Part shown: piece by piece, positions 1-8,675 of the stretch | How positions within the stretch are numbered: position 1 is the stretch's first letter | Layout of the letters: every line of letters starts with the position of its first letter | From: Clostridia bacterium | GTDB taxonomy: Bacteria; Bacillota; Clostridia; Oscillospirales; Acutalibacteraceae | Length of the DNA: 64,000 bases | Assembly: GCA_017430145.1 (NCBI GenBank) | Contig: JAFRNP010000131.1 | Span: 8,885-72,884, forward strand | Reading direction: 5' to 3' | The notes under the pieces: model-generated | The model's database searches: none | Told to the model about the DNA's origin: nothing | Seen by the model: the letters and a program-made list of their open reading frames with translations, nothing else | Program-made: the position numbers and the translations under genes

Positions 1-2
1 CA

Positions 3-428
3 GCGGCGGACGGCGAGGTCATCTTCAAAAAATATTCCCCGATGGGAGATTTTGCAGAATTTACGGCTCAATACGCGGAAGTTCTCGGAAAAGCGCTGAA
101 TATGCCGGTACTGATCACGGACAGAGACCGTGGTATCGCCGGATACGGCATCAAAAAGGACGGACTGGAACGCCCCGTCACAAGAGCGCTAGAAGAAATA
201 ATGGAAAACCGCTCCGGATATGTTGCCTCCCACGCGCAGGATATCCGCCTCGTTCCGCTGGAAGGGGATGCGCACGTTGCGTGCCTCGCCTTCCCGATCA
301 TAGGGAACGGAGACGTATCGGGATGCGTATGCGCACTTTTCAACCAAAGGGAAGATTTCCCGACGCAGGCGGAGATCAAACTGGTACAGGTTGCCGCAGG
401 ATTTTTAGGGAAACAGACCGAAGATTAA
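3..428 (+). CDS. spoVT: Stage V sporulation protein T (AbrB-family regulator), 5'-truncated by window edge
   Basis: The reading frame is open from base 3. The translation AADGEVIFKKYSPMGDFAEFTAQYAEVL... matches B. subtilis SpoVT as I remember it (DGEVILKKYSPISELGDFAKEY). It continues through a GAF-like C-terminal domain ending AAGFLGKQTED. Confidence 0.85.
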   Translation, partial: AADGEVIFKKYSPMGDFAEFTAQYAEVLGKALNMPVLITDRDRGIAGYGIKKDGLERPVTRALEEIMENRSGYVASHAQDIRLVPLEGDAHVACLAFPIIGNGDVSGCVCALFNQREDFPTQAEIKLVQVAAGFLGKQTED

Positions 429-464
429 CAATTTTTTGTCTTATTAATCAATACGATATCCGCA

Positions 465-493
465 GCCGGCTGTTTTATAAAAATGCAGCCGGC
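465..493 (+). terminator. Hairpin after spoVT (GCCGGCTG / CAGCCGGC, 8 bp stem), no clear T-run
   Basis: Inverted repeat 465-472 / 486-493, located 37 nt after the spoVT stop. The following sequence is AAATTT, so it is a weak intrinsic terminator at best. Confidence 0.3.
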
Positions 494-544
494 AAATTTA
501 GTTAATAATCACAAAAAAATATAGAAAAAAATATAATTTTAGGC

Positions 545-573
545 TTGTACTTTTTCTTTTAATATATTATAAT
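545..573 (+). promoter_or_regulatory. Sigma-A-type promoter candidate for the prsA-like gene
   Basis: TTGTAC (545-550), 17 nt spacer, TATAAT (568-573). It lies in an AT-rich spacer about 55 nt upstream of the RBS GAAAGG (614-619). Confidence 0.45.
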
Positions 574-627
574 ACATAAGACTACGGTGTTTCATCCGTT
601 GAATCTACAGATTGAAAGGTGCTATGT

Positions 628-2715
628 ATGGCAAAAACTGACGCTGAGAACGCATACCGTTCCGAAAGAAAAGCAAGAATTGCAAACGCTGCGAAAAAGA
701 AAAGCGCGAAAAAAGCAGACTCCACGACCATTATCAGCCGGATCATTATCGTCCTCGTGATCATCGCATTGCTCGCAGGCTGCTGCGCGTTGTTGTGGTG
801 GTTCGGCGTCCCGCAGAAGATGATCCCCGCATTGAAGGTGGGCGACAGGACCTACACGATGCCGGAATACAACTATTATTATACTTCGGTATATCAGACA
901 TACGCAAACCAGGCTTCCTCTCAGCAAGAGAGCTACGGGGTCAACCTGACCGGTTTTGATCCTGCTGTTGACCCTGCCCTGCAGACGACAAAGGATGACG
1001 ACGACAATGAAATCACCTTTGATCAGAAATTCAAGGATCAGGTCAAGGAGACGCTGGAAGTCAGCAACTATTACCTGAAAAAGGCAAAGGAAGCCGGCGT
1101 CACGCTGAACAACGACAGCAAGGATGAAATTGAAGAGACGATCTCCCAGATCCAGACTTATGCGACCCAGTACGGCTACTCCGCCGACCGGTACGTCAGC
1201 ATTCTGTACGGTAAGGGTCTGAACGTCAAAAAATTCCGTTCCCTGCTTGAGGATCAGTATCTGGTGACGCAGTATCAGGAACAGGAACAGGAAGCCCTTG
1301 CAAAGGAGATCTCCATGGATGAGATCGAAGCGAAGTACGACGAAGATCCCGACGCATTCAGAGTTGTCGACCTTCGCCTGCTCGGTATCGCCATTGAACA
1401 AACGGAAGCGACCGATGAAACCGATGAGGCCGAGCTGACTGAGGAAACAACTGCCGATACTGCCGCCGATGAGACGACCGAAGCAGCTGCAGAAACCGAA
1501 GAGACCCAGGCCGAAGAAGCTGCTGCGGAAGAAGAAGCTGCTGCGGAAGAAGAAACTGCGGCTGAAGAAGAGACTGCAGCCGAAGAAGTCACCGCAGAGC
1601 CCACCGCCGCAGAGATCAGTGCCAACGAAATGCTCGGGAAGATCACGGATGAGGATTCCTTTATTGAGCTGGCACAGCAGTATTGCTCCGAATCCGATAA
1701 AGAAACCTTTAAGGATCCTTCCGCCAGCCTTGCCAAGGCGATCGCAAAGTCCACCGTTTCTTCCAATATCAGCGAGGAGCTTGCAGACTGGCTGTTCAGT
1801 GAAGAAAGACAGGTCGGAGACAAGCGCGTGTGCATCACAAGCGATTACGCGTACGTCATCATGATCAAAAACACGGCATACAGAAATGAAATGCCGCTTG
1901 CAAGCGCGAGACATATCCTTGTTTCCTTTGATTCCATTCAGACCGAGCTCGACGCCGAAGCTGAAAATGAGGCTGCAGAAGAAACGGAAGCGATCGTTGA
2001 CGAAACGGTTGCCGAAGCAGAAAATGAGACCGCAGCTGATGAGACTGCCGCTGAAACTACCACAGCAGCCGACGAAACTGCTGCTGTGGCAGAAGATACT
2101 ACGGCAGCCGATACGACTGCAGCTGACACCGACGATACGGCTGCAAACGACGTACAGATCGAAACTGCTACTGCATCCGACAATACCGAGATCAGCAATG
2201 AAGGCACTTCCTATTCTCTGGAAACTGTTCTGAAAGCATATGAAAAGGCAGCAGGGATCCTTGAGGAATTCAAGAGCGGCGAACAAACCGAAGAAGCGTT
2301 TGCCGAGCTTGCGGAAACCTACAGCAATGACACCGGTTCCGTCGGAGAAAACGGCAGCGGCGGTCTGTATGAAAACATTGAACTTGGCAAAATGGTTGCG
2401 CCGTTTGAAGAATGGGTCTATGACGAAAACAGAAAGGTCGGTGACGTCGGACTGGTCAAATCGAACTACGGCTGGCACGTAATGTACTATGTCGGGCATC
2501 AGGATGAGGCAGCCTGGATCACATCGATCCGCAATACGCTTGCTTCCGAAAAGGCCGAAACCTCGCAGGAAGAGATCAAGACGCAGACAAGCAACACCGC
2601 GGAGGTCGTAAAACCCTTTACCGCTTTCTGTGAAAAGCTTGCTCTTAAACACGTCAACAAAACGTTTGTTGAACCCAGCAAAGCATCCTCTGATACTTCT
2701 TCCGACGCAGAATAA
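628..2715 (+). CDS. Membrane-anchored parvulin-type peptidyl-prolyl isomerase (PrsA/SurA-like foldase) with two long acidic low-complexity inserts
   Basis: ATG at 628 sits 8 nt after GAAAGG; the track ORF starts at GTG 619. An N-terminal TM helix is present (IISRIIIVLVIIALLAGCCALLWWF). Parvulin signature pieces are ARHILVSF ... FAELAETYSNDTGSVGENGSGGLYENIELGKMVAPFEEWV ... GWHVMYYVG. Confidence 0.85.
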   Translation: MAKTDAENAYRSERKARIANAAKKKSAKKADSTTIISRIIIVLVIIALLAGCCALLWWFGVPQKMIPALKVGDRTYTMPEYNYYYTSVYQTYANQASSQQESYGVNLTGFDPAVDPALQTTKDDDDNEITFDQKFKDQVKETLEVSNYYLKKAKEAGVTLNNDSKDEIEETISQIQTYATQYGYSADRYVSILYGKGLNVKKFRSLLEDQYLVTQYQEQEQEALAKEISMDEIEAKYDEDPDAFRVVDLRLLGIAIEQTEATDETDEAELTEETTADTAADETTEAAAETEETQAEEAAAEEEAAAEEETAAEEETAAEEVTAEPTAAEISANEMLGKITDEDSFIELAQQYCSESDKETFKDPSASLAKAIAKSTVSSNISEELADWLFSEERQVGDKRVCITSDYAYVIMIKNTAYRNEMPLASARHILVSFDSIQTELDAEAENEAAEETEAIVDETVAEAENETAADETAAETTTAADETAAVAEDTTAADTTAADTDDTAANDVQIETATASDNTEISNEGTSYSLETVLKAYEKAAGILEEFKSGEQTEEAFAELAETYSNDTGSVGENGSGGLYENIELGKMVAPFEEWVYDENRKVGDVGLVKSNYGWHVMYYVGHQDEAAWITSIRNTLASEKAETSQEEIKTQTSNTAEVVKPFTAFCEKLALKHVNKTFVEPSKASSDTSSDAE
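1513..1590. repeat. In-frame tandem repeat (18-nt unit GAAGAAGCTGCTGCGGAA x2 perfect, then degenerate copies) encoding (EEAAAE/EETAAE)n
   Basis: Units at 1513-1530 and 1531-1548 are identical. They are followed by GAAGAAACTGCGGCT and GAAGAAGAGACTGCAGCC variants. Confidence 0.8.
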
Positions 2716-2732
2716 ATAACCGTTCCGATTTT

Positions 2733-2765
2733 GGGAGCCGCATTGATCGCGGCTCCCTTTTTTTG
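2733..2765 (+). terminator. Rho-independent terminator of the prsA-like gene
   Basis: GGGAGCCGC (2733-2741) pairs with GCGGCTCCC (2749-2757). A T8 run follows. It lies 18 nt after the stop codon. Confidence 0.8.
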
Positions 2766-2822
2766 AAGCTTCAGCGCAAAAAAAACACACCGGCGCAGAC
2801 GGCGGAATAAAAAACGATTGAT

Positions 2823-2888
2823 AAAAAAACCTCCTATGATAACTTAATCGATTTCGTCAAATGCGATATTATCATAGGAGGTTTTTTC
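2823..2888. terminator. Perfect 19-bp palindromic hairpin flanked by A7 and T6 (bidirectional terminator geometry)
   Basis: 2824-2842 (AAAAAACCTCCTATGATAA) pairs perfectly with 2869-2887 (TTATCATAGGAGGTTTTTT). The loop is 26 nt. It sits in the convergent spacer between the prsA-like gene and the M23 gene. Confidence 0.6.
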
Positions 2889-3012
2889 TTAATGAATGAA
2901 CTCAATAATTTCACGCATCCCAAAAAAGTAGAATGGTAAATTCCATATTGTCCACTGAACAAAAAAAATCATAGAATAAAAGAATACCTCTTGATACAGC
3001 CATAAATCAATT

Positions 3013-3053
3013 ATAAAACAGCCGCTATGATGAGCACATAACGACTGTTTTAT
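3013..3053 (-). terminator. Hairpin downstream of the M23 peptidase gene
   Basis: ATAAAACAGCCG (3013-3024) pairs with CGACTGTTTTAT (3042-3053) with one G-U wobble. The minus-strand 3' flank is T-rich (ATAATTGATTT). Confidence 0.45.
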
Positions 3054-3131
3054 AATAATAACGATCTCTTAAGATATAACCTTAAAACGCTTACGCGAAA
3101 ATACGCAAAGCCAGATCAAGGCACCGTTATC

Positions 3132-4589
3132 TTAAATACCACCGGGGAAATAGTTCATGGGGTTGACCTTGTTTCCGTTGACACGGACCTCAAAGTGGAC
3201 GTGCGCGCCGGTGGCATAACCGGTAGCGCCAGCATAAGCGATCGTATCCCCCTGATTTACGTATTGCCCCACGTGCACGTTAAGCGATGAGTTATGGCCG
3301 TAAAGCGTCACGATCCCGCCGCCGTGGTCGATCGCCACGTAGTTGCCGTAACCGGAGGAACTGTAGGTGGCAATAATGACAGTTCCGGACGCCGCGGCAC
3401 TGACCGCTTTTCCGTACGTACCGCTCCAACAGCATGTATCCGTACCGCCGTGAAGCTTTGTAACGCCCGTAGCCGGGTCACTGCGGTATCCGTACGGAGA
3501 AGAAATATAAACGTCGGAATACTGAAGCGGCCAAATCAGCCCGCTGCCTGAAGAACGGGTCGTCTGTCCCGAAGAGGAAGACGAAGACGAATCGGAAGAG
3601 GAGGAGGAAGAGGAGGACGACGAATTGGAACCGGAAGCCTCGGCAGCTTTTCTTGCCGCTTCTGCGGCAGCAGCTTCTTCAGCAGCTCTTCTTGCGGCTG
3701 CTGCGGCAAGGATATCATCGATCTCCTTTTCAAACGCGTCAATGTTCGCCTCATAATTGGCAAGCAGGGCTTTGTATTCATCACTTTCGTGATCGAGCTC
3801 CGACAGGTACTCCATTGCCTCAGACTGCAGGACGTTGACTTCCTCCTGAGAAGAAAGAAGCGAATCTGTGGAGTTCTGGAGATCCTGTTCTTTCACGTCA
3901 AGCGCATTGATCTCCGTCTCATGTTCCGACCGTTTGACGTCAAGATCTGCGATCAGTTTATTTTTCTGCTCGATCAGCGCGTCGATCTCAGAGATCTTAT
4001 CTTTCAGACCGGTGATCAACTCATTATCGCGCTTTGCCATACTGGAGCTCAGCTCCATAGTGATCAGGAAAGATTTGAAATCGGTACTGTTCAGAAGAAG
4101 CTCAATATCAGAGGTCCGACCGTATACGTAGATATCCCGGATGCGCTGCTGCAGTTCCGAATAGGTGTCGTTGATCTCACCCTGAATCCCTTCCTGCTCC
4201 TGTTCGTTTTTATCGATATCGGTCTGGATGCCGCCGATCTGCTCTGTCAGTTCATCGACTTTTGCCTGGATCCCGGCTTTTTCCGTCTCAAGCGCAGCAA
4301 TACTGGCGTTAAGCGCATCGATCTCCTTCTGATAGGCGTCGATCTGATCGTTCAACGTATCGACGTATTCCTTTTGCTTGTCAATATCGCCCTTCAGTGT
4401 ATCAAGCTTTCCTTTATTTTCATCGATTTTTTCCTGATACGCTGCAGCCTGTTTTTTATAATCGTCGATTTTTTGCTGTTCCGAGTTGGTCAGATTGGAA
4501 GCAGCCGCAGAAAGGCCGCTTGAAGTGATCAGCATAATACAGGCGGCAAGGACCGCGATCAGGCGCAGAGTTTTTTTAGTTCGCCGCAT
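3132..4589 (-). CDS. Secreted coiled-coil + M23 (LytM-type) peptidoglycan endopeptidase, EnvC/PcsB-like partner of FtsEX
   Basis: ATG 4589 is preceded by GGGGAG 8 nt upstream and overlaps the ftsX 3' end by 14 nt. Signal peptide: RLIAVLAACIMLITSSGLSAAAS. About 300 aa are heptad-rich. A poly-Ser linker follows. M23 motifs HGGTD (HxxxD) and HVHFE (HxH) are intact. Confidence 0.85.
   Translation of the reverse strand: MRRTKKTLRLIAVLAACIMLITSSGLSAAASNLTNSEQQKIDDYKKQAAAYQEKIDENKGKLDTLKGDIDKQKEYVDTLNDQIDAYQKEIDALNASIAALETEKAGIQAKVDELTEQIGGIQTDIDKNEQEQEGIQGEINDTYSELQQRIRDIYVYGRTSDIELLLNSTDFKSFLITMELSSSMAKRDNELITGLKDKISEIDALIEQKNKLIADLDVKRSEHETEINALDVKEQDLQNSTDSLLSSQEEVNVLQSEAMEYLSELDHESDEYKALLANYEANIDAFEKEIDDILAAAAARRAAEEAAAAEAARKAAEASGSNSSSSSSSSSSDSSSSSSSGQTTRSSGSGLIWPLQYSDVYISSPYGYRSDPATGVTKLHGGTDTCCWSGTYGKAVSAAASGTVIIATYSSSGYGNYVAIDHGGGIVTLYGHNSSLNVHVGQYVNQGDTIAYAGATGYATGAHVHFEVRVNGNKVNPMNYFPGGI
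3571..3638. repeat. Polypurine (GAA/GAG/GAC)n tract encoding the poly-Ser linker of the M23 protein
   Basis: The plus strand reads gaagaggaagacgaagacgaatcggaagaggaggaggaagaggaggacgacgaa. The minus-strand translation is SNSSSSSSSSSSSDSSSSSSS. Confidence 0.7.
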
Positions 4590-5496
4590 CAACAACACTC
4601 CCCTGTTCTTTCAGATATTTCCGGATGGAGAAAATACTTCCGATCCCGCTTGTAAAAAAGCTGATGATCAGGAACGCGACAAAGATATAAGGCGCATAAT
4701 CCATGAACGAAATGAGCGTCCCACCGAACACGCCGAATATCGAGCGAAGCGCTTCCCCGGCAAGATAATAAATCAGATACAACACGCCCAGAGACAAAAC
4801 AGCGGAAATGAATCCGATCGAAATACCCTCGATCAGGAACGGCCAACGGATAAACCAATTGGTTGCGCCGACCGCTTTCATAATGCTGATCTCAAGACGC
4901 CGCGTATACATCGTCACACGGATCGTATTGGCGATAATAAACAAAGCAACGACCAAAAGGAGAATGATCACGCCGATACTCACGTACGTCACAGCCGTAC
5001 GGACCTTTTCAAGACGTGCGGCAAGATCGCTGTTTTCTCTGACATGAACGACCCCTTCAATGTGTTTGATCTGATCAACAGTCTGGACAAAAGCGCTCAT
5101 ATCATTGACCGTTACCTGGAAACCGTCAGGAAGGAAGGACGCATCGATCCCGTTGAAGATGTCGGCGTTTTCACCGAGCGACTTCAGCACGGTATCATAC
5201 CCTTCTTCCTTTGCGACGAACGTCACGTTCTGGATATTCTCCACTTTGTTGAGCTCCGTCTCAACCGTTGATATCGTCTGCTCGTCCGCATTTTCGCTGA
5301 CAAAGACCATTATGACATTTTGCGCTTCGATCCTGTGGACAAGCGTATCGATATTAAAGAAGAGAAGAACGGCGAAACCGATCATCACAAGACAGGACAT
5401 CAGAACCGCGATGGATGCAAAAGACATGATCCGGTTGACGCCGATATTTTTAATACCTTCACGCGTAAGGTACCGCAGATTCCTGTTTTTTTTCAT
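4576..5496 (-). CDS. ftsX: Cell-division ABC transporter permease FtsX
   Basis: N-terminus MKKNRNLRYLTREGIKNIGVNRIMSFASI. Topology is one TM, an extracellular loop and three C-terminal TM helices. It lies directly downstream of ftsE. Confidence 0.9.
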   Translation of the reverse strand: MKKNRNLRYLTREGIKNIGVNRIMSFASIAVLMSCLVMIGFAVLLFFNIDTLVHRIEAQNVIMVFVSENADEQTISTVETELNKVENIQNVTFVAKEEGYDTVLKSLGENADIFNGIDASFLPDGFQVTVNDMSAFVQTVDQIKHIEGVVHVRENSDLAARLEKVRTAVTYVSIGVIILLLVVALFIIANTIRVTMYTRRLEISIMKAVGATNWFIRWPFLIEGISIGFISAVLSLGVLYLIYYLAGEALRSIFGVFGGTLISFMDYAPYIFVAFLIISFFTSGIGSIFSIRKYLKEQGSVVDAAN

Positions 5497-5564
5497 ATGC
5501 TTTCAAGCCTCCGGGAGGAACGGACTTTTTTATACCACAATCTCCCGTTCACGGCTTCCCTTTC

Positions 5565-6386
5565 TTAAATCTGATCGTTGAAATCTTCGCTTCCGTAATT
5601 TTTCAGGAAGTCCTCGATCTCAGCGTCCTCACTGGGTGCTTCGTAATAACCGCCGAGCGTGCTCGTACTCTCAGGCTGCGTATCCTGCTCTTTCTTTTTT
5701 TGTCTCTTCTCGATCTCGGGATGCGCCGTATCGGAAACGACGCAGCCGTTTTTAATGGTGACGATACGCTTGTCGTAAGATTTGATCAGATCGACGGCGT
5801 GCGTCACCATAATGACCGTTGAACCCTTGTTCTGGTTGATCTGACTTAAAAGGTCTACGATATCTCTGGACATTTCCGGATCAATATTACCCGTTGGCTC
5901 GTCGGCAACGATGATATCGGCGTCGTTGACCAGCGCACGCGCAAGGGCAACCCGCTGTTGTTCACCGCCGGAAAGCTGGTTCGGATAACTTTTCGCCTTC
6001 TGGGAAAGATTGACAAGGCTCAACGCATAAGCGACACGGCGGGAAATATCCTTTTGTGAAGCACCGATCACATGCATGGCAAAGGCGACGTTCTCATAAA
6101 CGGTCTTCGTCGGGATCAATCTGAAATCCTGAAACACGATCCCCAATTTTCTGCGGTAATACGGGACCTTACGTGCCTTCATCGCGTTCAGGCTTTCACC
6201 GTCAATAATGATCTCACCGGAGGTCGGGACCTCCTCGCGCATGATCATTTTCAGGAACGTACTTTTTCCGGCGCCGGATGCGCCGACGACAAACACGAAT
6301 TCACCTTTATCAATATGCAGATTGACCTTGCTCAACGCTTTTACATCGTTCGGATAAAGCTTTGAAACATTTTTAAAATCTATCAT
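5565..6386 (-). CDS. ftsE: Cell-division ABC transporter ATP-binding protein FtsE (with about 45-aa acidic C-terminal extension)
   Basis: Walker A GASGAGKST, signature LSGGEQQR, Walker B IIVADEPT. The extra tail is ...KKKEQDTQPESTSTLGGYYEAPSEDAEIEDFLKNYGSEDFNDQI. Confidence 0.9.
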   Translation of the reverse strand: MIDFKNVSKLYPNDVKALSKVNLHIDKGEFVFVVGASGAGKSTFLKMIMREEVPTSGEIIIDGESLNAMKARKVPYYRRKLGIVFQDFRLIPTKTVYENVAFAMHVIGASQKDISRRVAYALSLVNLSQKAKSYPNQLSGGEQQRVALARALVNDADIIVADEPTGNIDPEMSRDIVDLLSQINQNKGSTVIMVTHAVDLIKSYDKRIVTIKNGCVVSDTAHPEIEKRQKKKEQDTQPESTSTLGGYYEAPSEDAEIEDFLKNYGSEDFNDQI

Positions 6387-6541
6387 AACTGCATTTCCTT
6401 TTCTGTTTTTTGCCTAAGGGATGAAAATACATGTCCCTTATCGAACAAAAATCCGCAATTTTTGCAAAAAACGATATGTACGGGACTCAGTATACCGTTT
6501 TTCGCTTAAATTGAACTTAAGTTTTTTCTCCTTACGATTCC

Positions 6542-6576
6542 AACGGATCTTTCACCCCGCAGGGCAAAAGATCCGT
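6542..6576 (-). terminator. 11-bp hairpin 44 nt downstream of the PucR-type gene (no U-tract)
   Basis: AACGGATCTTT (6542-6552) pairs with AAAGATCCGTT (6566-6576). The loop holds a CCC/GGG mini-stem. No T-run follows on either strand, so terminator function is uncertain. Confidence 0.35.
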
Positions 6577-6619
6577 TCTCTGCTCGTTTAAATATCAGGA
6601 TCAGCGAAAATAACGGTCA

Positions 6620-7705
6620 TCAGTATTTGATCGGGGAAGAATCCAGATACTTCTTGACCATCAATGCTACTTTGAAAACGATGGCGTCATCGAACTCCCG
6701 CAGATCGAGGCCTGTAAGTTTCCGGATCTTTTCAAGCCGGTAAACAAGCGTATTGCGATGTACAAACAGCTTTCTGGAAGTTTCGGAAACATTCAGATTA
6801 TTTTCAAAGAACTTTTGGATCGTAAACAGCGTCTCATGGTCCAGGGATTCAATAGAGCCGCGCTTGAACACTTCACGCAGGAACATTTCACAGAGTTTTG
6901 AGGGAAGCTGATAAATGAGCCGCGCTATACCGAGGTTTTCATAGCTGACGATCACTTTTTCGGTATCGAACACCTTGCCGACCTCCAAAGCGACCTGCGC
7001 TTCCTTGAACGACTTTGCCAGGTCCTTGATACCCTTCACCTGCGTACCGATACCTACGATCGCAAAACCGGCAGATTCCGATTCCAAAGAATCTATCACG
7101 CTGCGCGCGAGTTTTTCAAGATCCTTGACCTCGATCGTCGGCGCGATATCCTTGATAATGGCTATATCCGTCTCATTGATATTGACGACAAAATCTTTTG
7201 ATTTATCCGGAAACAGAGAAGAGATCGTATCGAATACACTGATCTCACAGGGCTGGGACAAACGGACCAAAAAGACAACGCGCACGGCGTCGTTATTAAA
7301 ATGCAGTTCCCGTCCTTTCAGGTAAATATCCCCGGGCAGAATGTTGTCAAGCATGACGTTTTTGATAAAATTGCTCTTATCATATTTTTCATCATAATAC
7401 TGCTTGATATTGGCAAGCGAGATCGCAAGGATCCCTGCATACTTGTCCGCCAGTCCGTCCGTTCCTTCGACGTAGACGGCAAATTCCGGCTGCATCGGGG
7501 AACCGAAAGCGCGATAGGTACAACCATCCAAGGCAACGCTTGCATTGACAGCAAACACATCGGCGATCCGTGTGCCGATCACTTCGCCGATCGTTGTCAG
7601 CTCCGTGCTTGCAACCACCGTACCGCTCTCATCCACAACGCCGATCGTTCTTCCAAGAGTTTCCTTCATCTGATGAATGATGCTTTGAAACAGTCTGTTT
7701 GACAT
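6620..7705 (-). CDS. PucR/CdaR-family transcriptional regulator (sugar-diacid-regulator-like)
   Basis: Start ATG 7705 (MSNRLFQSII) has AGGAAAGGA upstream. The C-terminal HTH is NLNVSETSRKLFVHRNTLVYRLEKIRKLTGLDLREFDD, typical of PucR-type HTH_30. The stop is a double TGA TGA. Confidence 0.8.
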   Translation of the reverse strand: MSNRLFQSIIHQMKETLGRTIGVVDESGTVVASTELTTIGEVIGTRIADVFAVNASVALDGCTYRAFGSPMQPEFAVYVEGTDGLADKYAGILAISLANIKQYYDEKYDKSNFIKNVMLDNILPGDIYLKGRELHFNNDAVRVVFLVRLSQPCEISVFDTISSLFPDKSKDFVVNINETDIAIIKDIAPTIEVKDLEKLARSVIDSLESESAGFAIVGIGTQVKGIKDLAKSFKEAQVALEVGKVFDTEKVIVSYENLGIARLIYQLPSKLCEMFLREVFKRGSIESLDHETLFTIQKFFENNLNVSETSRKLFVHRNTLVYRLEKIRKLTGLDLREFDDAIVFKVALMVKKYLDSSPIKY

Positions 7706-7773
7706 ATGATCCTTTCCTTTCCTGATAGAAGCTGCCACAATACCTATACAAAATAACAAAAGATAACAGTTAT

Positions 7774-7802
7774 ATTCTACTCAGTTTTTAAGCAAATTGC
7801 AA
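7774..7802 (-). promoter_or_regulatory. Sigma-A-type promoter candidate for the PucR-type gene
   Basis: Minus strand: TTGCAA (7797-7802), 17 nt spacer, TAGAAT (7774-7779). Confidence 0.45.
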
Positions 7803-7862
7803 GTGTTTTTAGAAAAAACTTACAAATTTTTTTCTTTTTTTTTATGCAACACTGTTCAAGAA

Positions 7863-7888
7863 CAAAAAAAACCGCCGTGTCAGCGGAT
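7863..7888 (-). terminator. Rho-independent terminator of rsuA
   Basis: The minus strand reads CCGCTGACACGGCGG followed by T9. It lies about 30 nt after the rsuA stop. Confidence 0.7.
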
Positions 7889-7920
7889 TTTATTGGCAGA
7901 AGAAAAAGGAAAAACTACGG

Positions 7921-8640
7921 TCAGGCTTTTATCAAAGACAGAACTTCATAGTCCCTCATAAGCCGGCATTCACCGGGCAAAAGCGTGGGATCAAGCAAAA
8001 CGTCACCGATCGCTACCCGGTCAAGTTTTATTACCGCATTACCGACAGAAGCAAACATACGCTTGATCTGATGATATTTTCCCTGCGTCAGAACGATCTC
8101 ATAAATCAGCGCATCGGAAGACAAACGCCTCAACGATGCAGCCTGCAAACGTTCACCGTCCAGCGTAAGACCGGCGGCAAAAAGTGTCGGAACAGACGCC
8201 GGCACGGGATCCCGCAGCCAGACGTGATATGTTTTCGGCACATGTTTTACAGGAGAAAGGATCCTGTGGGCAAATGCGCCGTCGTCGGTGATCAGAACAA
8301 ATCCGGTCGTATCCTTATCAAGCCTGCCGGCAGGAAAAAGCCCGGGGCGCCGCCAGCATGCAGGTACAAGATCCACGACCGTTTTCTCTTGCCGGCTGCC
8401 GCCGTCAGAAGCAGAGATGACGCCTTCGGGTTTGTTCATCATAATATATAGATGCTCTCTGTATTCGACCGTTTCCCCGCCGACCGTCACCGTACTGACG
8501 TTCGGATCAAACAGAAAACCGGCGTCTGACATCCGGACGCCGTCAACACATACGTTTTCCCGCCGAAGCATTTTTTTTGCGTCAGTCCTTGTAATATTCA
8601 GTTGTGCGGACAAAAACCTGTCAAGCCTGCATTTTTCCAT
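7921..8640 (-). CDS. rsuA: RsuA-family rRNA pseudouridine synthase (S4 domain + catalytic domain)
   Basis: S4-like N-terminus RLDRFLSAQLNITRTDAKKMLRRENVCVDG. The catalytic motif is GRLDKDTTGFVLITDDG. Confidence 0.8.
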   Translation of the reverse strand: MEKCRLDRFLSAQLNITRTDAKKMLRRENVCVDGVRMSDAGFLFDPNVSTVTVGGETVEYREHLYIMMNKPEGVISASDGGSRQEKTVVDLVPACWRRPGLFPAGRLDKDTTGFVLITDDGAFAHRILSPVKHVPKTYHVWLRDPVPASVPTLFAAGLTLDGERLQAASLRRLSSDALIYEIVLTQGKYHQIKRMFASVGNAVIKLDRVAIGDVLLDPTLLPGECRLMRDYEVLSLIKA

Positions 8641-8675
8641 TATTTAGAGCGCAGAAGCAGCGTATCCTTTTATTC

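Noticed and set aside
1396-2200. Repetitive GAA/GCT/ACT-rich DNA considered as a CRISPR array or non-coding tandem repeat. The tracts at 3571-3638 and 63055-63215 were considered the same way
   Set aside because: All of it is in-frame inside well-supported genes and encodes low-complexity peptide linkers. There is no repeat-spacer periodicity.
622-2790. 722-aa ORF antisense to (and longer than) the prsA-like gene
   Set aside because: The translation is Cys/Phe/Ser/Gly/Arg/Leu-rich with no motif, no RBS and no TM logic. The sense strand carries clear parvulin motifs, a good RBS and a terminator. The antisense frame stays open because sense codons whose complements are stops (TTA, CTA, TCA) are rare.
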